Shown: in pieces, positions 55,637 through 64,000 of the stretch | Numbering within the stretch: the stretch's first letter is position 1 | Layout of the letters: each line of letters begins with the position of its first letter | Source: Myxococcota bacterium | GTDB lineage: Bacteria; Myxococcota_A; UBA796; SXON01 | Assembly (NCBI GenBank): GCA_040386535.1 | Contig: JAZKFH010000019.1 | Location: forward strand, 322,186-386,185 | Direction: 5' to 3' | DNA length: 64,000 nucleotides | Notes under the pieces: model-generated | What the model saw: the letters and a program-made list of their open reading frames with translations, nothing else | The model's database searches: none | What the model was told of the DNA's origin: nothing | Made by a program: the position numbers and the translations under genes

Positions 55637-58600
55637 TCAGCCCGGCCGCTCCTGCGCGATCTTGGCGGCCACCCGGTCGAGCAGCGCATCGAGGTGGGCG
55701 TAGTCGGCGGGCGCCCAATCCGGCAGGCGGTGCAGCTTCCCCGTGCGCGTGAGCAGCACGCCCGCGCGCGCGACCTGCTCGCCGTGGTTCGCCTCGAGCA
55801 CACGCGACGCGGCGACGCTGTAGGCCAGCAGCTGATCGCGGTGTTCGGCGAGCACCTCGGCGCCGTCGGCGCTGGCGCGCACGGACTTGTAGTCGACCAC
55901 CATCCATGCACCGTCGACCGGATCGCGGCACAAACGGTCCAAACGACCGTCGAGCGTGACGGAGCCGCGCACCAGGCGCACCTTGAGCTCCTCGTAGCCG
56001 TCCGTGGCGAGCACCGCGGCCACGTCCGGGCTCTCACGCAACACGTCGACCTGGGCGGCCACCGTGTGCCATCCGCGCTCGATCGTGTCCGCGTCGAGGC
56101 CCTCGGCGTGCGCGGCGGCGTCCCAACGCGCGCGTGCGAACGTGGGGTCATCCAGGAGGTTGTCCTCCAGCAGGCCGTGGAGCACCTCACCGCGGAGGCC
56201 CGCGAGGAGGGCGTGCTCGGCGACGAGGGGCGTGTCCCCGGCGGCTGACCGGGGCTCCTGCCGGGGCTCCCCGCCATGGGGCTCGCCGCCCGCGCGGCGC
56301 GTGAGCTTGTCGGGAATGCGGAGCACGTGGCGGTGGTACCAGGCGTCCGGATCCGCCGCGAACAGGGCGAGCGAGCTCGGGGACACCTCCACGCGCGACG
56401 CGGAGGCCACCGGCGCTAGGCGCAGAGCCAGGTCGGCGGGGGGCGGGTCGAGCGGGGGAGGGGCCTGGGGCGGCGCGGGCGGGGCAGGGGTCTCTTCGAG
56501 GAGCTCCCGGGTGAGCCACTCCGGATCCTCGGCGTGCAGGGCCTCGTGCGCGTGCTGGAGGTCCGACCAGGAGCCGGCCCGCGCCATCTCGGGCGCCTTC
56601 GCCTTGCGTGCGCCGACGAGCACGAGGTGATCGCGAGCGCGGGTGCACGCGACGTAGAACAGGCGGCGCGCCTCGGCGGCCTCGACCTCGGCGCCGTGGG
56701 CGCGTAGGATGCCGAGGAGACCGGGCTTCGCCAGCTGGTCCACCGCGGCGAAGCGGTCGGGCACGGCGCACGCGAGCTCCCATTGTTCACCCATTCGGCG
56801 GCGCAGGACGCCCCCGGCGTCTCCGTTGCTGGCCCAGCGCGCGCCGAGATCCGGCAGCACCACCACGGGGTACTCCAGCCCCTTGCTGGCGTGTACGGTG
56901 AGGATCGCGACGCGCGCGGTGGTGTTCGGCGCGGCCGCCTCGGCATCCGCGGCGTCGGACTCGACGCGCTCGACGAGGTGGGCGGCAAAGGCGTCGAGGC
57001 TCGCGCCGCGTTGCTCGTAGCGGTCCGCGAGGGAGAGGAGGCGTTCCAGGTTGGCGGCGCCGCGGCCGCCGGGCGCGGAGAGACCCTGGGTCCAAGCCTG
57101 GCGGGTGCGCGTGATCACCGCGTGGACGAGCTCGGCGACGCTCAGGTGGTCCTTGAGCCGCGCGAGCGCCTGCCAGTCCGCCAGCGCGGTGCGGATGCGT
57201 CGGTTTTCCGCGAGGTGCGTGGGGAGGCCGGTGCCCACCTCCGCGCCGCCGGAGAAGAGCCGCAGGTGCCGCGCGGACGCGAGATCCCAGAGGTCCTGGT
57301 CGGTGAGGCCGAACAACGGGGAGCGGAGCGCCGCCACCAGCGAGATGTCATCGCGACGCACGAACGCGTGGAGCACGTTCGCCACGTCCATCACCTCGGG
57401 GCGGCTCCAGAAGCCGACCCCGCCCACCACCACGTAGGGGATGCCGCGGGCGCGGAGCGCCGCCTCGTAGGTGAGGAGGTGGCGGCGGCGCCGCAGCAGG
57501 ATGGCCACCGGCGGGGTGGGGTGCTTCGACGCATCGTGGAGCCCGAGGCCCGCGTACGCGCCCTTCTCCGCCAGCACCTCCTCCGCGAGGAGCCGCGCGA
57601 TCCAGGCCGCCTCGCGCACGGCGTCGGTTCCCGAGCGCTCGTAGGTCGCGACGCGCACCGTGCCGCCGGTGTCCTTGCGGCCGGGCGCGAGGGCGGCGAA
57701 CGGCGCCTCCCAGGCGGGCCGATCCGGCATCCCCGGGAGCGAAGGGGCGCCGAGCACGTCGGCGAAGAGGCGGTTGAAGAAGGCGATCAGCTCGGGCCGG
57801 CTGCGGTAGTTGGTCGAGAGCTCGACCGCGTGGCGCACGGTGCGGCGCGCGGCGTTGAACACCTGGACATCGCCGCCGCGAAAACCGTAGATCGCCTGCT
57901 TCACGTCGCCCACGAAGAAGAGGCGGTCGTTCCCGCTGGGCGCTCCATCGGGGGGAGCCCCCTCCGCGGAGGCGCCGAGCAGCGGAGCGCCGTGCGGCCG
58001 CGTGAGGGCCTCGACGATGGACCATTGCAGCCCGTCGGTGTCCTGGAACTCGTCGACCATGACGTAGCGGTGGCGCCGACGGAGCTCCTCGGCGATGGCG
58101 CCGCCCTCCGCGAAGGCGGCACGCACGCGGAGCTGGAGCTCGGTGAAGTCCACGCCACCCGCGGCGCGCAGGCCCGCACCGAGGCGCTCGATCGCGTCGA
58201 TCGCGAGGCCGCTCAGCGCGCGGAGCACCTCGAGCAGGGTGCGATCGTGGCGGTTGGGGAGGCGGCGCACGCTGTCGAGCCGCGGCACCCAGGCCTCGAT
58301 CTGGTCCTGGAGGTCCTGGATCGGGGCCCGGGACGCCGCGTGGCGCGCGCCCCAGTCGGCCTTCTTGCCCGTGGTGGAGTGGTGCGAGAGGCTCCGCACG
58401 CCCTTGCTGCCCTCGACCGTCTGCACCGCGGCCGCGTAGTTCTCGTAGAGCGCGAAGGGATCGGCCTGGGCGAACAGCGTGGCGTTCGTGTCGGGGAAGA
58501 GCGCCGCCCGGGTCTCGGCGAGGCGGGCAAGGAAGGGGGTGTCGATGCCCTCGGCCACGCGGAGCAACGTGTCGACGAAGGTGCGCCACTCGTCGCGCAG

Positions 58601-59347
58601 GAACGCGTGGGCCTGCGCCGCGGAGAGCGGGGCGCGGGCGAGCAGATCGGCCTCGCCGATCCGGCCCTCGTGATGCGCGCGGAGGGTCGGCTCCACCTCG
58701 CCGCGCGCGCGGACGAGGGACACGACTACGTCGATGAGCGCGGCCCTGCCGCCGAACGTGTGCAGGAGCAACCCGACGTTGGTGGGGGTGGGCCCAGGGG
58801 GCTCGGTGAGGCGATGGTCGACCGCGGCCACGGCCGACTCGTACACGAGCGCTGTCGCGTCCCGCTCCTCGAGGATGGTGAAGCCGGGGGGCGTGTTGGT
58901 CTCCGCGGGGAACTCGCGGAGGATGCGCGCGCAGAAGCCGTGGAAGGTGGAGATGGCGGCGCCCGCGAAGCGGTCCCGCAGCGACTCCCACCGCGAGCGC
59001 AGCCGGTTCAGCTCCTTCTCGGACATCCCCGCCGCGCCGAGCCTCTCCGCGTCCGTACGGAGCTGCCGCGCCACGGCCGAGGTGGCGGCGTAGCAGCGCT
59101 CGCGCATCTCCTGGGCGGCCTTCTCCGTGAAGGTGAGCACGAGGATCTCGGCGATGTCGGGCTTGCCCCCCTCCACGAGGCGCTGCAGGAGCGTGACGAA
59201 TCGAGCGGCCAGCGTGGAGGTCTTCCCGGCGCCGGCACCGGCGCTCACGGCCACCTCGCGGTCGGAGACCAGGGCGCCCGCCTGCTCCTCGGAGAGACGC
59301 TCGAATTCGAGGAGCAGCCGGCCATGGCCGACGTCGAGGCGGATCAT
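55637..59347 (-). CDS. addA: AddA-like UvrD helicase with a C-terminal PD-(D/E)XK nuclease
   Basis: SAGAGAGKT, LTFTEKAA.EM, ISTFHGFC, VDEFQDT, VGDVKQAIYGFRG, NYRS, TVHASKGLEY, YVACTRA, GRLDRL...VVDYKS. Confidence 0.92.
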   Translation of the reverse strand: MIRLDVGHGRLLLEFERLSEEQAGALVSDREVAVSAGAGAGKTSTLAARFVTLLQRLVEGGKPDIAEILVLTFTEKAAQEMRERCYAATSAVARQLRTDAERLGAAGMSEKELNRLRSRWESLRDRFAGAAISTFHGFCARILREFPAETNTPPGFTILEERDATALVYESAVAAVDHRLTEPPGPTPTNVGLLLHTFGGRAALIDVVVSLVRARGEVEPTLRAHHEGRIGEADLLARAPLSAAQAHAFLRDEWRTFVDTLLRVAEGIDTPFLARLAETRAALFPDTNATLFAQADPFALYENYAAAVQTVEGSKGVRSLSHHSTTGKKADWGARHAASRAPIQDLQDQIEAWVPRLDSVRRLPNRHDRTLLEVLRALSGLAIDAIERLGAGLRAAGGVDFTELQLRVRAAFAEGGAIAEELRRRHRYVMVDEFQDTDGLQWSIVEALTRPHGAPLLGASAEGAPPDGAPSGNDRLFFVGDVKQAIYGFRGGDVQVFNAARRTVRHAVELSTNYRSRPELIAFFNRLFADVLGAPSLPGMPDRPAWEAPFAALAPGRKDTGGTVRVATYERSGTDAVREAAWIARLLAEEVLAEKGAYAGLGLHDASKHPTPPVAILLRRRRHLLTYEAALRARGIPYVVVGGVGFWSRPEVMDVANVLHAFVRRDDISLVAALRSPLFGLTDQDLWDLASARHLRLFSGGAEVGTGLPTHLAENRRIRTALADWQALARLKDHLSVAELVHAVITRTRQAWTQGLSAPGGRGAANLERLLSLADRYEQRGASLDAFAAHLVERVESDAADAEAAAPNTTARVAILTVHASKGLEYPVVVLPDLGARWASNGDAGGVLRRRMGEQWELACAVPDRFAAVDQLAKPGLLGILRAHGAEVEAAEARRLFYVACTRARDHLVLVGARKAKAPEMARAGSWSDLQHAHEALHAEDPEWLTRELLEETPAPPAPPQAPPPLDPPPADLALRLAPVASASRVEVSPSSLALFAADPDAWYHRHVLRIPDKLTRRAGGEPHGGEPRQEPRSAAGDTPLVAEHALLAGLRGEVLHGLLEDNLLDDPTFARARWDAAAHAEGLDADTIERGWHTVAAQVDVLRESPDVAAVLATDGYEELKVRLVRGSVTLDGRLDRLCRDPVDGAWMVVDYKSVRASADGAEVLAEHRDQLLAYSVAASRVLEANHGEQVARAGVLLTRTGKLHRLPDWAPADYAHLDALLDRVAAKIAQERPG

Positions 59348-62300
59348 TCGTCTTCTCCCGCCGCGAGCGGCGCCTGCCACCGGGGATCCGGTGCACCCTC
59401 GATCGCGCGGGCGATCGTGGCGTTGCGTACGTGGTCGACCCGGCAGGAACGTTTGAACTCGCACCAGCCGCAGCCCGCCCGCTCGGGTCCCGCGAGGCTG
59501 GGGTGGAAGACCCCCGCGCCGATTCGCTCGCCGGCGGCCACGAGGTAGTCGCGGAGCCGCGTGCGGTCGGCTTCGGAGAGGGACACGGCGTCACGCTCCT
59601 TCGCGCCGCACGCCGTCAGCGTGTCGGTATCGCCGATCCAGCCGGCGTACTGGAGGGCGGCCGCGCCGCGCAGCTCCTGGTAGACCGCGCCCCCGCGTGG
59701 AGCCTGCTGGTCCGCACCCGCAACCATGGCCTCGAGGTACACGAAGCCCTGGACCTTGAGGCCGGCGCGCACGTCATCCGCCTTCGGCGCGTACCCAGTC
59801 TTGTAGTCGATGACGAGAGAGCCGCCGCCCTGGAGGCGGTCGACCCGGTCGATCCGCCCCTCCAGCGCGATCCTGCCGAGCTTCAGGCCCTTGAAGGGGA
59901 GCTCGGTCTGGTGCAGGGTCGTCGGCAATTCGCTTTCGATCTCGGCGTCCAACCAGGCAGCCAGGAGCCCCTTCGGCGCGGTGTCCACGAGGCCGGCGAG
60001 CCAGCGCCGCCGGTGCCACTCGCCCAGCGGCGCCACCAGTCCGACCACCTCTGGATCGGCGTCCAGCCGGCGAATCGCGGCGGTGTGGAGGGTGCGCGCA
60101 AGGGTGTCCCGCTCCTCCGGGGTGAGGCCGTGGAGGTGGGGACGGCCAGCCAGGCGCACCTCGGTGAGGAAGTCGTCCAGGATGCCGTGGAGGAGCATGC
60201 CCTGCTCGGGCCGCCCGAGGTCGGGATCGTAGCTCTCCTCCTTGCCGAGGTGGAGGAGCTGGCGGTGGAGGTAGCGCGATGGGCACGCGAGGTACTCCTC
60301 GAAGCGGGTGACCGCGAGCCGCGCGGGGATCTCGGGCGGTCGGGTCAGCACGCCGTCCCACGGGCCGAACCCCTCCGGGTCCCGCCGGGAGAACACGACG
60401 GCGCCGATGCGGTCGAGCCGCTCCCCGTCCGCGACGAACCTTCGCCACGCGTCCGCATCCGCGCCGGCCGCGGCGGCCTCCCCGACCAGCGCGTCCAGCT
60501 CGGCGGGCGCCGCCGGGGTCGGAGGGACCACGCCCGCCTCCACCCGCTCGCGGAGGGGCTTCCCGGCCAAGCACACCTCGAGCAGATCCTCCACCAGCGG
60601 CGAGACGGCGACCGGCCGGTCGTCACGCGTGGCGGGCCAGGACAGGGTCAGGGTGTGCCCACCGTCCATCGCGTTGCGCAGGGTGGACGCGAAGAGGTAC
60701 CGGGCCTCGTCCCCCGGGTCGAGGCGATCGAGGGCAGAGCGGGCGGTGCGGGAGAGGAGGAAGTCCTCGGCGGGGCGCGCGGGAAAGTCGTCCGCCACGA
60801 GGCCGCCGACCCACAGCCACGGGGGGTGGATGCCCCGCAGCTCCAACATGCCGACGACCTGCACGCGGCGCGGCCCCGCGTCGAGATCGGGGAGCCGCGC
60901 GGCCTCGATGCGCTCCTCGAGCAGCCGCGCGAGCCGGAGCGGATCCCAGGGACCGGGATCGACGCTCGCCGCGTCCCGCGCGGCCTCGTCGATCGCGCCC
61001 AGCACGCGCCCGAGCGCCACGAGGGAGGCAGCGCGGGCGTCGGGATCCGCCGCCGCGTCGGCGTGGGTGACGAGGCCCCAGTCCGCGACGATGGCCGCGA
61101 GGTGGTCCCGCCAGGCGCCGGGCAGCAGGGGCTGGGCGAGCGGCGCGAGGCGATCACACGCGACGGTGAGCGCGGTGAGCGCGATGTCGTGCCGCTCGAG
61201 GTCGGCCTCCAGGAGGCGCCGGCGCCAGGTCGACGGGTGCCCGCGGGACAGGCCCCGCTCGCGGCACGTGCGCGCCAGGGCGAGCGCGTCCTGCTGGGAG
61301 AGCGCGCCCACGAGGTCGGACGCGACCGCGGCCAGCAGCGGACCGAGCGGAAACCCTTCGCCGGCGGTCTTCGAGGCCACGAGGACCACTTCCGCCGCAG
61401 GCCGCGCACGGACCGGGCGTCCCGCGGAGAGCTCGACCGGAACGCCGAGCTCGCCGAAGATCCGACGGACGAGCGGGAGGTACCCGGGGAGGCCGGGGAA
61501 CGCGACCCAGAGGTCCTCCGGCGGGGCGCCGGCGAGGAGCTGCTCCTTGACCGCGTGCGCGATCCCGCGCACCTCGGCCGCGGGGTCGGACCACTTCACG
61601 AGGCGCGGGGCCGCCGGTGCGTCCGCATCCGTGCCCTCCGCGCCCTCATCGTCCGTGTACAGCCGATCCGCCACGTCCGCGGGCTCGGAGGGGCCCGGGG
61701 CGTCGCCGGGGCCAACGTCGTAGAGCCCGTCCCGCCCGGCCACGACCAGGTCGGCCTCGCCGCCTTCGGCCACCAGCGCCTCGAACAGGCTCCGCCGGAA
61801 GGCGCGGGTGGCCTGGAACGGGCGGAGCGGGAAGGCGACCGAATCGTCGTCATCGTAGTCGAAGAACCGCCCGGCCTCGGCGCCGCCGAGGTCCCGCCCG
61901 CTCTCGAAGGAGAACACCACGTGTTTGCCGAGCGTGCTCCAGGCGCGGGCGAGCTCGATCAGCACGCGCCGTCGCAGCGGGCTGGGATGGAGCACGTCAT
62001 CGATGACGACGGCGTGCGGGGCCGCCAGCCACTGTGCGAGCGCCACGCCGGGCCGGCCGAGCGTGACCGTGAGCTGCCTGAGCGCCTCTCCGAGCGGGCG
62101 CCGGGCGCGGTCCGCCCCGAGGTGGGTCAGCAGGCGGAGGAGGAAACGCGGGAGCTCGGGGCGCGCGTCGAGCACGGGCCGCTCGGCCTCGTCCCATGCG
62201 TGCACGAGGTCGGCCACCGCGCGCCCGACACGCTCGGGATCCCCCAGCGCCGCGAGCCAGGGGGACTCCTGCGGGGACGCCACGATCAGCCGCTCCGCGA

Positions 62301-62580
62301 CCAGGGCCGTGCCCCCGAGCGTCCAACACGCGCGGCCGTCCCCATGCCGGGTCGCGAGGTCCTCCAGCAGGGCGCTGAGCGTCGTTACCGTGGGGATGAA
62401 GGCCGCGCCGTCCCGATACTGGAGGAACTCGGCCTCGACCGTATGGGCCTTGCGGATCGTGTCGGTGATGTAGAGGAAGTTGGGCCGCCCGTACCGATCG
62501 ACCCCGGAGAGCTCGCCGCGCGAGATGCCGCGGCGACGACGCACACGCGTCTTTCCGAGGAGGATCTGGATGCTGCCCAC
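59344..62580 (-). CDS. addB: AddB-like inactive helicase with a PD-(D/E)XK nuclease and Fe-S staple
   Basis: EEYLACP, GMLLHGIL, GRIDRVD, IDYKTG, CGWCEFKRSC; ATGA overlap with addA. Confidence 0.88.
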   Translation of the reverse strand: MGSIQILLGKTRVRRRRGISRGELSGVDRYGRPNFLYITDTIRKAHTVEAEFLQYRDGAAFIPTVTTLSALLEDLATRHGDGRACWTLGGTALVAERLIVASPQESPWLAALGDPERVGRAVADLVHAWDEAERPVLDARPELPRFLLRLLTHLGADRARRPLGEALRQLTVTLGRPGVALAQWLAAPHAVVIDDVLHPSPLRRRVLIELARAWSTLGKHVVFSFESGRDLGGAEAGRFFDYDDDDSVAFPLRPFQATRAFRRSLFEALVAEGGEADLVVAGRDGLYDVGPGDAPGPSEPADVADRLYTDDEGAEGTDADAPAAPRLVKWSDPAAEVRGIAHAVKEQLLAGAPPEDLWVAFPGLPGYLPLVRRIFGELGVPVELSAGRPVRARPAAEVVLVASKTAGEGFPLGPLLAAVASDLVGALSQQDALALARTCRERGLSRGHPSTWRRRLLEADLERHDIALTALTVACDRLAPLAQPLLPGAWRDHLAAIVADWGLVTHADAAADPDARAASLVALGRVLGAIDEAARDAASVDPGPWDPLRLARLLEERIEAARLPDLDAGPRRVQVVGMLELRGIHPPWLWVGGLVADDFPARPAEDFLLSRTARSALDRLDPGDEARYLFASTLRNAMDGGHTLTLSWPATRDDRPVAVSPLVEDLLEVCLAGKPLRERVEAGVVPPTPAAPAELDALVGEAAAAGADADAWRRFVADGERLDRIGAVVFSRRDPEGFGPWDGVLTRPPEIPARLAVTRFEEYLACPSRYLHRQLLHLGKEESYDPDLGRPEQGMLLHGILDDFLTEVRLAGRPHLHGLTPEERDTLARTLHTAAIRRLDADPEVVGLVAPLGEWHRRRWLAGLVDTAPKGLLAAWLDAEIESELPTTLHQTELPFKGLKLGRIALEGRIDRVDRLQGGGSLVIDYKTGYAPKADDVRAGLKVQGFVYLEAMVAGADQQAPRGGAVYQELRGAAALQYAGWIGDTDTLTACGAKERDAVSLSEADRTRLRDYLVAAGERIGAGVFHPSLAGPERAGCGWCEFKRSCRVDHVRNATIARAIEGAPDPRWQAPLAAGEDE

Positions 62581-62670
62581 TGCCGGCTCCGAGGAACCCG
62601 CACCGTAGCCTGCCAGCCGGCCAGAATTTGTCCGCCCCCTCGCGTTCGAGGCCGTCGGGGCGCCGACAGG

Positions 62671-63984
62671 TCAGCCCGGCGCCGCGCCCTGCGCCCACGC
62701 GAGCGCATCCTGGATGCGACGCGCCTCGATCCGCACCCGCGCGTCGGGGTGGGCGGCCGCCTCTTCGAGGAGGGCGACGTCCGGCGGCCTCGCGCGCCCG
62801 GCGGACTCGAGCAGGCAGAAGGTCAGATCGGTCCGGGCGTCGGCGCCGAGCGCGCGGCGGCTCGCGCCGAGGAAGTACACGCTCGGGCCGTCCGACGCGG
62901 GCGACCCGCGGTCTTCGACGAACACCAGGTCGGCCGGGCGGCCGCGCCGTGGACGGGGCTCCTGGCGCTCGGCGAGGCGCTTCTCCACCGCAGAGAGCTG
63001 CGCGGAGAGCGGGCCCGAGAGCTGGCCGAGCTCCCGCAGGCGCATCGTCGCGGCGGCGCGCACGTGTGGCCACGCCTCCTCCGGATACCAGGAGAGCGGG
63101 GTGCCGTCGGGGTCGCGAGTCTCGCGGTACACGTTCGCGAAGTAGAGCGCCCAGTACCGGTCCACGTGCCGATCCGCGACATCCGCCCCGAGAACGGCCC
63201 AGGCCGCGCGGATCGTCTCCGCGTCGCGCGCCGCGCCCTGGACCCGCTCGGGCCCGGCGTCCAGCGGCAGGATCTGCTTCGGCACGCGCGTGAGCACGTG
63301 GACCAGGCACTCCTGCGTGAAGGACGTGGCCGCCCCACACAACGCCACGGCGCCTGCGTAGGCCTTGGCGTGCTCGGTGCGGACCGATTGCTCCGCGGCG
63401 TTGAAGCGGCACTCGTCGGCCCAGCGCGGCTCTGCGTGGAGCCCACAGACCGCGTCCGCGCGCCCCACGTGACCCGAGAGGGCCGCGTCGAGCGCGCTGG
63501 CGTCGAGGCACGCCGAGCGGTCGGGCGCATCGGCGCAGGTCGACGCCGCCACCGTCGTCGTCGCCACCGTCGGGAGCGGGAGGCGATCCTCGGGCAATGT
63601 GGCGGTGTTCACGTGGGCGGGCGCTCGCACGGCTCCGCCGTCGGCCGGGACCCCGCCGCTCGCGGCCGGAGCCGCCTCGTCCGCCCCCGGTCCGGGCATC
63701 GAGGAGAGGTGGGGGCGCCCGTTCAGGCGCAGACATCGTTGGCGGCTGAGCTCGTCCGGCAGCGAGGTGCAGAGGCCCGCGGTCTGGCCGGGAAACGCCT
63801 CGCACAGCCTGCCGACGACGACCGTACGCGTGAGATCGTCGGGAAGCGCGAGGATTCGCCCGGTGACGCCGGCCTGATCCGCGGGCCAGTCCGCCACCGC
63901 GGCGTCCGCGAGGCAGGTGGCAGTCCCGCACTCCCGAGCGCAACTGGTGACGAGCGTCAGGAGCAGCCACGACGACAGGAGCAT
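62671..63984 (-). CDS. Secreted or lipoprotein hypothetical protein with paired-Cys helical repeats
   Basis: Signal ending LVTSC; repeated C-x(9-13)-C units; TACGTT 5 nt upstream of the ATG. Confidence 0.6.
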   Translation of the reverse strand: MLLSSWLLLTLVTSCARECGTATCLADAAVADWPADQAGVTGRILALPDDLTRTVVVGRLCEAFPGQTAGLCTSLPDELSRQRCLRLNGRPHLSSMPGPGADEAAPAASGGVPADGGAVRAPAHVNTATLPEDRLPLPTVATTTVAASTCADAPDRSACLDASALDAALSGHVGRADAVCGLHAEPRWADECRFNAAEQSVRTEHAKAYAGAVALCGAATSFTQECLVHVLTRVPKQILPLDAGPERVQGAARDAETIRAAWAVLGADVADRHVDRYWALYFANVYRETRDPDGTPLSWYPEEAWPHVRAAATMRLRELGQLSGPLSAQLSAVEKRLAERQEPRPRRGRPADLVFVEDRGSPASDGPSVYFLGASRRALGADARTDLTFCLLESAGRARPPDVALLEEAAAHPDARVRIEARRIQDALAWAQGAAPG

Positions 63985-64000
63985 CCGGCAACGTAGCGGC

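Noticed and set aside
56248..56292. Short GGGGCTC repeats inside addA
   Set aside because: Encode a low-complexity linker (GGEPHGGEPRQEPR); a simple in-frame duplication
55637..62580. Helicase + PD-(D/E)XK/Cas4-like nuclease pair as a novel defence or CRISPR system
   Set aside because: Order, size, Fe-S staple and host-like composition fit housekeeping AddAB; no cas genes or array nearby
59431..63996. 1521-aa plus-strand ORF
   Set aside because: Antisense shadow of addB and the upstream gene; Arg/Gly/Ala-rich with no motifs, typical of high-GC DNA

Overview
A 64 kb, very GC-rich, gene-dense bacterial chromosome segment with about 61 CDS. The gene content (Ser/Thr kinase, FG-GAP and Ig-repeat lipoproteins, hybrid kinases, AddAB) suggests a Myxococcota-like lineage, which is an inference only. 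Housekeeping blocks: an ABC-F ATPase, PPTase-cobU-cobS, mutM, a complete System I cytochrome c maturation operon (ccmABCDEFGHI), trmL-manC, mazG-fxsA, nadA, an aminotransferase and addBA. I found no tRNA, rRNA, CRISPR array or transposase. Most interesting signals: (1) one polypeptide that appears to fuse a divergent ECF sigma factor, a degenerate anti-sigma domain and a C-terminal membrane anchor, in an operon with a catalytically dead zincin/TPR protein and an MBL hydrolase; (2) an 11 kb trans-envelope signalling locus with three histidine kinases (one with a dead ATPase domain, one sensor-less), a FecR protein without a sigma factor and two large Ig-repeat surface proteins; (3) a lower-GC ABC-ATPase + DUF4276/TOPRIM pair (candidate anti-phage module) near an orphan RlaP-like nucleotidyltransferase and a kinase fused to a pseudo-cyclase; (4) an orphan CbbQ/NorQ + CbbO/NorD chaperone pair with no Nor or Rubisco client, a probable CTG start, a dead hydrolase and a hyper-acidic peptide downstream; (5) an EAD1-like domain on a membrane-anchored protein; (6) window-wide ultra-short lipoprotein signal peptides and leaderless-type TANNNT promoters. 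All family assignments come from motif recognition by eye, not database searches.
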